A DNA stretch of 23,646 bases from a bacterium (GTDB taxonomy: Bacteria; Bacillota; Clostridia; Christensenellales; Aristaeellaceae). The position numbers and the translations under genes are program-made. Shown in pieces: positions 5,838 to 12,954 of the stretch. The stretch is from the NCBI GenBank assembly GCA_963624325.1, contig CAVFPH010000030.1, forward strand, positions 1 through 23,646, read 5' to 3'. Within the stretch, counting starts at the first letter, position 1; the number at the start of each line of letters is the position of its first letter. Under the pieces are notes generated by a model. The model did no database searches and was not told the DNA's origin. It saw only the letters and a list, made by a program, of their open reading frames with translations.

Positions 5838-7133
5838 ATGAAAAAAGCAATTGCTCTCATTTGTGCGCTTGTCATGATTCTCTGCGCATTTTCTGCTTTC
5901 GCACAGGAAAATGCAACCTATTCCTCTACCGTTCAGGGACGCAACGGGGAAATCGTAGTCGAAACTGTATTCGCGGATGGAAAAATTGCTTCCGTTACGG
6001 TGAAAAGTCATTCGGAGAGTGCCGGTGTTGCAGATCCCGCAATTTCCATGATTCCCGAACGAATCGTTGAAAAGCAGTCCGTAGCCGTGGATGTTGTAAC
6101 CGGGGCAACGATTACTTCCGCCGCGATTATCAATGCCGTTTCCGATTGTATTGCACAGGCCGGCTTAAACATTGAAGATTACCAGAAGAAAGAAACCTAT
6201 GAGCCTTCTTATGTTGATCTTGAAACAGACGTTCTGGTGATCGGCGGCGGCGGATCCGGTCTGAGCGCTGCTATCGAAGCTCGTGAGCAAGGCGCAAATG
6301 TAATCCTTCTCGAGCGGTTGAGCGCACTGGGCGGCAACACAAAGCTGTCTCAGGGCATGGTGCTTCGCGGCCGTGAAAGCGATGAAGATGAAAGTGCCAT
6401 GACGGCTGAAGAAGTCTATCAGCAATTCTACAACTATGGTGTCGGCAACGAAGGCTTTAACGCTGAAATGGTAAAGGATTTCACTGAAAAGATGGCGGAG
6501 AATACCGCTTGGCTTATGGATATGGGATACGATGCTCAGCCCTATGTTTATACCGGCTGGCTGCCCATGGAAGTGAACGGAAATGCCGAGGACGTAACCA
6601 AGGGAATCGTGCTTGTTCATGGTGAGCCCCAAAAGGGTGTCAGCAAGGGCAGTTATATTGTCGATGCCATGTCCGATAAGGCCAATGATGTCGGCGTGGA
6701 AATTATGCTTGATACTCCTGCTGTTGAAATTTTGACAGATGATGCCGGTGCCGTTATCGGTGTTAAGGCCGTTCATCTGCCTACCAACACCGAATACACG
6801 ATTCGTGCGAAAGCAGTCGTAATTGCCACCGGCAACAAGGACGGCAACGATGGCATCACCGGCGGTTCCGGATACGAAGACAATGGCACTGCTTTGGCCC
6901 GCAATGCAGGTGCGAAGATCGGTACATACGGCAAAAAAGCGACCGAAAGCATCTACGTTGACGGAGAAACCCATGTAATGAATGAAAACGGAGATGTCAT
7001 TTCGCACCTGTATGCTGTTGGTGAAGTAACGGAAATCGTTTCCACCGGACATTGCTATACAATGTGCGGTGCTCGCAATGCATGGTCCATTTACTCCGGC
7101 CGCATTGCCGGTGCAAACGCGGCAAAAGAGTAA
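5838..7133 (+). CDS. Exported flavoprotein: Sec signal peptide + FMN_bind domain + FAD-dependent oxidoreductase (fumarate/urocanate-reductase-like FAD_binding_2)
   Basis: The start is set at MKKAIALICALVMILCAFSAFA|QE (ATG at 5838, GAAAGGA 8 nt upstream). The signal peptide has an AFA-Q cleavage-type site. The FMN_bind flavinylation motif is DVVTGATITS. The dinucleotide fold is DVLVIGGGGSGLSAAIEAREQGANVILLERLSALGGNT. The C-terminal anchor is HLYAVGEV. Confidence 0.8.
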   Translation: MKKAIALICALVMILCAFSAFAQENATYSSTVQGRNGEIVVETVFADGKIASVTVKSHSESAGVADPAISMIPERIVEKQSVAVDVVTGATITSAAIINAVSDCIAQAGLNIEDYQKKETYEPSYVDLETDVLVIGGGGSGLSAAIEAREQGANVILLERLSALGGNTKLSQGMVLRGRESDEDESAMTAEEVYQQFYNYGVGNEGFNAEMVKDFTEKMAENTAWLMDMGYDAQPYVYTGWLPMEVNGNAEDVTKGIVLVHGEPQKGVSKGSYIVDAMSDKANDVGVEIMLDTPAVEILTDDAGAVIGVKAVHLPTNTEYTIRAKAVVIATGNKDGNDGITGGSGYEDNGTALARNAGAKIGTYGKKATESIYVDGETHVMNENGDVISHLYAVGEVTEIVSTGHCYTMCGARNAWSIYSGRIAGANAAKE

Positions 7134-7156
7134 CGCGGTTACGCAATAACAAGTTT

Positions 7157-7188
7157 AAAAAAGGAAGCCCGAAAGGGCTTCCTTTTTT
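7157..7188. terminator. Bidirectional intrinsic terminator (flavoprotein gene / CotH-like gene)
   Basis: AAAAAA-GGAAGCCC-gaaa-GGGCTTCC-TTTTTT. A perfect 8-bp stem with a GAAA tetraloop is flanked by A6 and T6, between convergent genes. Confidence 0.85.
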
Positions 7189-7241
7189 GATGCAAAACAG
7201 CCGTAAAATTGATTCTTCCTTCACCGGGATATAGGTTTGCT

Positions 7242-8489
7242 TTACCGGTTTGCGGTTTTATAGGTATCCCAGGTATCGGTGGGCACGTCGGGCAGCTCGG
7301 GTTTTGCGCTGCCGAAATAGCGCAGCATATCCTCATCGGATACATCCAGCGCGGTCTGCGTCAAATCATAGATGTACCACGGCTGCCGCACCAGCGTTTT
7401 CTCCTCCAGGCGATAGACGGAATACTGCTGGTAAAGCAAGGCTTCCTGTGCATTGGAAACAAGGTACACATTTTCGCCTAATGCTCGGATAAAAGCATCG
7501 GCCCAGCGTTCCATGTGACGGGGCAGGGCGGAGGCGATCTTTGCATTCGCGTCATCCACAGCCTGGCAAATCACCTGCGTGGGCAGTGCCTGATACAACG
7601 CGCCCAGCTTGGTCAGGAAAGCATTGCGATATTCAGGCCGGTTCAGCAGCATATTTTCCAAGACGCTCACAGTTTGGAATGAAACCGTCTCCAGCGATGT
7701 GTAGGGGTTATGGGAGGCAAACATCAGCGCAAAGGCAAAATCGCCCATGGCGCACTTCACGGGACCATCTTCAATCTGGTAGAAGATGATGTCACTGTTC
7801 ATGTTTATATTGCCGAAGTAGGCATTCACCGCCAGCCAGTTCAAAAAGCTCTCGGTATCCAGCAGCGTATCCAAGGTTTGCCGGTCTGCCTCAAGGGACA
7901 GATTCAGGCTTTTAATCTGCTGAAGGGCGCCGGCGATGCCGGACGCGTCGCCGCAAAAAGCGCTGTTCGCGTTTGTATCGGTCACGTTCAGGCCGTCGGT
8001 GCTGTCCAACCCTTCAAAGCGGGCAATGGCGTCTGCAATGTCCTCACGGCGGGAGTAAAGGCCAACGTATTCCCCGTTAATGTATACTTCCACCGGCTCC
8101 TGCATGCGCACAGGCACCGCCACGGGCCCCTGGGCCACCAGGCCGGAGCAGGCCGTGCTGAGCAGTTTGGTTCGCAGCGCATCGCCGCCATCGTTATACA
8201 GGACAAAGCGCGTCTCCGCGCCTTCAATGTACAGGCTCTGTTGCGGCAGCGCTCTTTCCGTAGCATCCAAGGCAATGTCATTCAGGCGAAGCTTTGCCTG
8301 AAAACTGTTTTCCAGACCATCTTCCGTCACCGTGATCTGCGCGTCCACAGCGGTTTCCCGGGAGAGGGACGCGTCGGAGGCGTATGTGATCGTAATTACC
8401 GGCAGGGTTTGCTCCTCCTGCGCCATCGCGGGCAGCGCGCACAGCAGCAGGATGCAGCACAGCACTGCGAAAAAGCTCCACTTATTCAC
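7242..8489 (-). CDS. Secreted CotH-family (atypical kinase-like) protein
   Basis: 415 aa with a GTG start at 8489. AAAGGAGA lies 8 nt upstream, and an in-frame TAA at 8532-8534 has no alternative start after it. The signal peptide is MNKWSFFAVLCCILLLCALPAMA|QE. CotH-like blocks are VEVYINGEYVGLYSRRED and ESFLNWLAVNAYFGNINMNSDIIFYQ. This family call is by recognition only. Confidence 0.65.
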   Translation of the reverse strand: MNKWSFFAVLCCILLLCALPAMAQEEQTLPVITITYASDASLSRETAVDAQITVTEDGLENSFQAKLRLNDIALDATERALPQQSLYIEGAETRFVLYNDGGDALRTKLLSTACSGLVAQGPVAVPVRMQEPVEVYINGEYVGLYSRREDIADAIARFEGLDSTDGLNVTDTNANSAFCGDASGIAGALQQIKSLNLSLEADRQTLDTLLDTESFLNWLAVNAYFGNINMNSDIIFYQIEDGPVKCAMGDFAFALMFASHNPYTSLETVSFQTVSVLENMLLNRPEYRNAFLTKLGALYQALPTQVICQAVDDANAKIASALPRHMERWADAFIRALGENVYLVSNAQEALLYQQYSVYRLEEKTLVRQPWYIYDLTQTALDVSDEDMLRYFGSAKPELPDVPTDTWDTYKTANR

Positions 8490-8725
8490 AAATTGTTTCT
8501 CCTTTCCGAATGCATCATTTGGGGCTGCGGATTATCTGAAGAGCGGCAGCAAGTTACCACATCGGCATCACCTGCTCCTTTCATTTTGTTGCCTGATTCA
8601 GCAATCAAAAAACGATTCGCAGTAAGCAATTGCTACATCTCATATATGCCATAAATTCATTTGATTTGCAATGTTTTTTACGCTCATATTTAACATTTTA
8701 CAATTTTGTTACGCTCTGCACATAC

Positions 8726-8751
8726 AAAAAGCCGCCCGATGGGCGGCTTTT
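8726..8751. terminator. Intrinsic terminator of prmA-rsmE (bidirectional-looking)
   Basis: AAAAA-GCCGCCC-gat-GGGCGGC-TTTT. On the minus strand the stem is followed by TTTTTG, 29 nt after the rsmE stop. Confidence 0.8.
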
Positions 8752-8779
8752 GCAAAGAGAGTACTTCCGAATTATGATC

Positions 8780-9505
8780 TTATTCCATATTCCCGCTCAG
8801 CGTCATGGCGGCGATGACAGCCGCCAGCCCTGCGGTTTCAGTGCGAAAAATGCGCGGGCCCAGCGTCACGGCATGCGCACCGCTGTCCAGCATGCGTTGT
8901 ACCTCCTGTTCGCCCATACCGCCCTCCGGACCAATGATGACGGCCAAATCGGTGATATCGGGGCGGATCAGCTTCGCCAGACTGCCATCCCGTGCATCTT
9001 CCCAGGGGACAAGTGCTATCTGATGCTGCGGGATTACTGCGCACAGGGCATTCAAGTCAATGGGAGCGGCTACCTCGGGCGTGACGGTGCGAAAGGCCTG
9101 CTTGGCCGCTTCCCGTGCGATGCGGTTCCAGCGGGTCAGCTTTTTATCATTTTTCCCGTCCAGATGGGCTACGCAGCGCGGCATTTCCACAGGCACAATG
9201 CGGCAAACGCCCGCCTCGGTGCACTTCTGCACAATATAGTCCATTTTATCGCCCTTGGGCACACCCTGATACAGCGTAACACGCAGGGTGGCTTCGGGGC
9301 TTTTCAGCTTTTCAAGCACACGCACGGCCACATTTTCAGTATCGATTCGGCTTATCTCGGCGGCATAGGCATCCCCGTTGGAGAAAAGCTGAATCTCCGC
9401 GCCCTCCGTCAGCCGCAGTACGCGCAGGGCATGGCGGGCGTCTTCTGCCTCCAGATAGGCTGTATCCTCTCGAATCCCGCGTTCATCGGCAAAAAAACGA
9501 TGCAT
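8780..9505 (-). CDS. rsmE: 16S rRNA (uracil1498-N3)-methyltransferase RsmE
   Basis: MHRFFADE...LYQGVPKGDKMDYIVQKCTEAGV...VIIGPEGGMGEQEV...LGPRIFRTETAGLAAV is the typical RsmE (SPOUT) signature. The start is set at the ATG at 9505, 1 nt after the prmA stop (TAA at 9507-9509). The track ORF extension to 9598 overlaps prmA. Confidence 0.9.
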   Translation of the reverse strand: MHRFFADERGIREDTAYLEAEDARHALRVLRLTEGAEIQLFSNGDAYAAEISRIDTENVAVRVLEKLKSPEATLRVTLYQGVPKGDKMDYIVQKCTEAGVCRIVPVEMPRCVAHLDGKNDKKLTRWNRIAREAAKQAFRTVTPEVAAPIDLNALCAVIPQHQIALVPWEDARDGSLAKLIRPDITDLAVIIGPEGGMGEQEVQRMLDSGAHAVTLGPRIFRTETAGLAAVIAAMTLSGNME

Positions 9506-9506
9506 A

Positions 9507-10436
9507 TTAGTCCACATGGGCAGCCAAAGCCACCCAGTCACCCTTCTCCATGCGGTCAAACAGCCGATAGCCGTTCTCGGTAAGCACTTTTGTGACATCC
9601 GCCTCGCGCTCCTTCAAAATGCCGGAGCACACAAACGTGGCATTTTCGGTCAGGTGATTTTTCAGCGGTGCGGCCAGCATGGCAATGACCTCCGCCAGGA
9701 TATTGGCCACGGCAAACTCGCAGCGGACATTGTCCAGCCCCTTTACCAGATCGCCCTCGCGGATGGCAATGCAATCCGACAAGCCGTTCTTTTCCACGTT
9801 TTCCTGTGCCACTCGAACCGCCATGGGATCAATATCCACGCCCAGCACATCCTTTGCGCCCAAGCGCGCCGCGGCAATGGACAAAATGCCGCTGCCAGTG
9901 CCTACATCCAGCACTTTGCCGCCATGATAGTGTTTTTCGATCATGGCCACGCACATGGACGTTGTCTCATGCGTGCCCGTGCCGAATGCCATGCCGGGAT
10001 CCAGTTCAATCACCAGATCGCCGGGCTGCGCATCCCAATTTTCCCAGCTGGGCTTAATCACCAAATGCTCGCCTGCGCGGAAGGGCTTGTAGTACTGCTT
10101 CCAGCATTCCGACCAGTCCTGCTCATGCACGCCTGCCTGCGAAATTTGCAGCGTGCCCAGATCCATGCCGGTCAGCTCCGGCAGGGAATCCAGGCAGCTT
10201 TTCAGCCCGCGCAGTTCCTCCACGGTGGCAAACCAGGCCTTTACCTGCACATCCTCGGGCATTTCATCCAGCATTTTGCGGTCAATCAGTTCCCAATATC
10301 CGTTCGGCTTATCGGGATCGGGCACATCACTGCGGTCGATGATCTGCGTGCCGACTGCGCCCTGGCGCATCAGCGCTTCCGATACAATATCCGCACCCTC
10401 GGTGTTGGTGGAAATCGTCACTTCAATCCAATCCAT
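9507..10436 (-). CDS. prmA: Ribosomal protein L11 methyltransferase PrmA
   Basis: MDWIEVTISTNTEGADIVSEAL...IELDPGMAFGTGTHETT...VLDVGTGSGILSIAAARLGA... shows canonical PrmA motifs. AAAGGAG lies 10 nt upstream of the ATG. It forms the conserved prmA-rsmE pair. Confidence 0.92.
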   Translation of the reverse strand: MDWIEVTISTNTEGADIVSEALMRQGAVGTQIIDRSDVPDPDKPNGYWELIDRKMLDEMPEDVQVKAWFATVEELRGLKSCLDSLPELTGMDLGTLQISQAGVHEQDWSECWKQYYKPFRAGEHLVIKPSWENWDAQPGDLVIELDPGMAFGTGTHETTSMCVAMIEKHYHGGKVLDVGTGSGILSIAAARLGAKDVLGVDIDPMAVRVAQENVEKNGLSDCIAIREGDLVKGLDNVRCEFAVANILAEVIAMLAAPLKNHLTENATFVCSGILKEREADVTKVLTENGYRLFDRMEKGDWVALAAHVD

Positions 10437-10531
10437 TTATAAAAAGCTCCTTTGTTTTTCATGCACAAAGCCGCCATCTGCGGCATTTTCATGATATGAT
10501 TTTCAGCGGAATTTGTCAATCGGATTTTCCT

Positions 10532-10560
10532 TTGATTATCCGATCAATTTTTTGTATAAT
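10532..10560 (+). promoter_or_regulatory. Predicted promoter of the HD-domain gene
   Basis: TTGATT (10532-10537)-17 nt-TATAAT (10555-10560). Confidence 0.5.
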
Positions 10561-10590
10561 AGAATAGAATACAGTCAAGGCGGAGGCATT

Positions 10591-11217
10591 ATGGAAGAGA
10601 AAATCATTGCCGAACTGCAGGCGCTGTTTGCAAATGAAAGCAGCGGGCACGATCTGTTTCACACCCTGCGGGTGTACCGCACGGCTATGCGCATTGCCGA
10701 AAAGATACCCTGTGATCGGGAGCTGGTGACTTTCGGGGCTCTGCTGCATGACGCAGACGATCCAAAACTGTTCTGCACCCGCGATTATGCCAACGCGCGG
10801 CGTATTCTGGCAAACTGCGGGATCTGCGCAGCGCGCATCGAAGCGGTCATTGACATCATCAAAACGGTATCTTTCAAGGGGACGGATTCCGAGCATCCGC
10901 ACAGCATCGAAGGGCAAATCGTTCAGGATGCCGACCGTTTGGATGCCATCGGCGCTATCGGCATCGCACGGGCATTTGCCTACGGCGGGGCAAAAGGGCG
11001 CAAGATGTACGATCCCGATGAGCCGCCGAAACTCCATATGGATGAAGCTGCCTACCGTGCCAACCGGGGAACAACAGTCAACCACTTCTATGAAAAGCTC
11101 TTTTTGTTGCGCGATATGCTGTGCACGCAGGCAGCCCGCGATATCGCTAAGGAGCGTGAAGCCTTCATGCGCACTTTTCTGGAGGAGTTTTATGCCGAGT
11201 GGAACGGTGAAAAATAA
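10591..11217 (+). CDS. HD-domain phosphohydrolase (YpgQ/YedJ-like)
   Basis: The start is at MEEKIIAELQ (ATG at 10591, GGAGG upstream). HD motifs are LFHTLRV, GALLHDADDPK and VQDADRLDAIGAIGIARAFAYGG. Confidence 0.85.
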   Translation: MEEKIIAELQALFANESSGHDLFHTLRVYRTAMRIAEKIPCDRELVTFGALLHDADDPKLFCTRDYANARRILANCGICAARIEAVIDIIKTVSFKGTDSEHPHSIEGQIVQDADRLDAIGAIGIARAFAYGGAKGRKMYDPDEPPKLHMDEAAYRANRGTTVNHFYEKLFLLRDMLCTQAARDIAKEREAFMRTFLEEFYAEWNGEK

Positions 11218-11311
11218 AAAATTTTAAAATCATGGAACAAAGCAGCCCCCTCATTCGTTTATATTGGTGGAAGCACCAAGTGCTTCAAAAAAGGAAAGGA
11301 AAGTGACTACG

Positions 11312-11692
11312 ATGAAAAAGATGATTTGCGCAATCCTGACCCTGATGATGCTCTTTGCCGCTTTGATCCCCGCGACGGCCGAAAATGCGCTGGTTGGCGG
11401 CTGGACCGCTAATACCGCCGAAAATCCCGCCGAAATCCCCCAGGAAGCTTTGGATGCTTTCAACAAGGCCATTGAAGGCATGGTCGGCTGCACCTATGAG
11501 CCCATCGCACTGCTGGCCACGCAGGTTGTAGCCGGTACCAACTACGCCTTCCTGTGCCGCCTGACGGTTGTATACCCCGATGCCGTTCCCACCTACGCGC
11601 TGGTCTATGTATACCGGAATGCCCAGGGCGAGTGCCAGCTGGCGCGGGTTGAAAACATCGAGTTCAACATTCAGGAACCGGCTGCCGAATAA
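11312..11692 (+). CDS. Small secreted stefin/cystatin-like protein (putative cysteine-protease inhibitor)
   Basis: The start is at MKKMICAILTLMMLFAALIPATA|EN (ATG at 11312, AAGGAAAGGAAAG upstream). The mature protein is about 103 aa. It contains LVGGW near the N-terminus and ATQVVAGTNYAFLCRL. QVVAGTNY is the first-hairpin motif of stefins A/B. Confidence 0.7.
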   Translation: MKKMICAILTLMMLFAALIPATAENALVGGWTANTAENPAEIPQEALDAFNKAIEGMVGCTYEPIALLATQVVAGTNYAFLCRLTVVYPDAVPTYALVYVYRNAQGECQLARVENIEFNIQEPAAE

Positions 11693-11727
11693 TTGCCGAG
11701 CGCTGCTTGATTCAAAGCCACGCAAAA

Positions 11728-11762
11728 GCCGCCGCAGGCTATCAGCCTGCGGCGGTACTTTT
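11728..11762. terminator. Bidirectional intrinsic terminator (stefin-like gene / malic enzyme)
   Basis: GCCGCCGCAGGCT-atc-AGCCTGCGGCGG forms a 12-bp stem. It is flanked by AAAA on the left and TACTTTT on the right, between convergent genes. Confidence 0.8.
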
Positions 11763-11777
11763 GGGCGAAATAAACGG

Positions 11778-12950
11778 TTAAATGCGGGCAACACCCGTCT
11801 TGTGCGCGGCCTCTACAACCGCTGCGGCAACAGCCTTGGCAACGCTCTTATCCAAAGCGCTGGCAATGATGTTTTCTTCGTTCAGCTCATTCTCGGGAAT
11901 CAGGTTGGCCAGGGCGATGGAGGTGGCCACCTTCATTTCTTCGTTAATGCAGGACGCACGGCAATCCAGCGCGCCGCGGAAGATGCCGGGGAAGGCCAGC
12001 ACGTTATTGATCTGGTTGGGGAAATCGCTGCGGCCGGTGCCTACGATGCGCGCGCCCGCGGCCTTGGCCTTGTCGGGCATAATTTCGGGCGTGGGGTTGG
12101 CCATGGGGAACATGATGGAATCCGCCGCCATGGACTTGACCATTTCTTCGGTTACAATGTTGGGGGCGGAAACGCCGATAAACACGTCCGCACCCTTCAT
12201 GGCATCGGCCAGGGTGCCCATCTTGTGCTCCAGATTGGTCACTTCGGCAATTTCGGCATGGGCGGAGTTCAGATCGGGCATACCCTTGCAGATGATGCCG
12301 AAACGGTCCACCATCGTCAGGTGTTTTACGCCCAGGTTCAGCAAGTGCTTGCCTATGGCAATGCCGGCAGAGCCTGCGCCGTTGATGACGACCTTCACAT
12401 CGCCGATCTGCTTTTTGACCACCTTCAAAGCGTTGATCAGGGCAGCGGCCACCACGATGGCCGTGCCGTGCTGGTCATCGTGGAACACGGGGATATCGCA
12501 GATTTCCTTCAGCCTGCGCTCCACCTCAAAGCAGCGGGGCGCGCTGATATCCTCCAGATTGATGCCGCCGAAACTGCCGGAGATCAGGTAGATGGTGCGT
12601 ACCAGCTCATCCACATCCTTGGTGCGGATGCAGATGGGGAAGGCGTCCACATCCGCAAAGGCCTTGAACAGGGCGCACTTGCCCTCCATAACGGGCATGC
12701 CGGCCTCGGGGCCGATATCGCCCAGGCCCAGGATGGCAGTGCCGTCCGTGATCACGGCCACCAGGTTGTTGCGGCGGGTCAGCTCATAGCTCTTGTTGTA
12801 GTCATTATGGATCACCATGCACGCCTCGGCAACGCCGGGGGTGTAGGCCAGGGACAGATCCTCACGGTTGTTGATCGGGCAGCGATTGATCACTTCAATC
12901 TTGCCGTTCCACTCATAGTGCTTTTTCAGCGATTCTTGTCTGATATCCAT
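11778..12950 (-). CDS. NAD(P)-dependent malic enzyme (short, about 390-aa type)
   Basis: [20 protein letters not shown]...[10 protein letters not shown]...[25 protein letters not shown]...FGGINLEDI...[12 protein letters not shown]...[11 protein letters not shown] shows canonical malic-enzyme motifs. The start is the ATG at 12950, with GAGGA 9 nt upstream. The track start at 12965 is a TTG only 3 nt from the SD. It lies 4 nt after the upstream gene's stop. Confidence 0.9.
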   Translation of the reverse strand: MDIRQESLKKHYEWNGKIEVINRCPINNREDLSLAYTPGVAEACMVIHNDYNKSYELTRRNNLVAVITDGTAILGLGDIGPEAGMPVMEGKCALFKAFADVDAFPICIRTKDVDELVRTIYLISGSFGGINLEDISAPRCFEVERRLKEICDIPVFHDDQHGTAIVVAAALINALKVVKKQIGDVKVVINGAGSAGIAIGKHLLNLGVKHLTMVDRFGIICKGMPDLNSAHAEIAEVTNLEHKMGTLADAMKGADVFIGVSAPNIVTEEMVKSMAADSIMFPMANPTPEIMPDKAKAAGARIVGTGRSDFPNQINNVLAFPGIFRGALDCRASCINEEMKVATSIALANLIPENELNEENIIASALDKSVAKAVAAAVVEAAHKTGVARI

Positions 12951-12954
12951 AGCA

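Noticed and set aside
5630-6011. Minus-strand ORFs 5630-5875 (81 aa) and 5712-6011 (99 aa) in the lysR/flavoprotein intergenic region
   Set aside because: They are antisense to the leader and signal-peptide region of the flavoprotein gene. They have no SD and no recognisable features.
11270-11286. Hairpin GAAGCAC-caa-GTGCTTC between the HD gene and the stefin-like gene, considered as a terminator
   Set aside because: It is followed by A6 rather than a T-tract on the + strand, and by no T-tract on the minus strand. It is only a 7-bp stem. It could be a 5' stabilising stem of the downstream mRNA, but that is unsupported.
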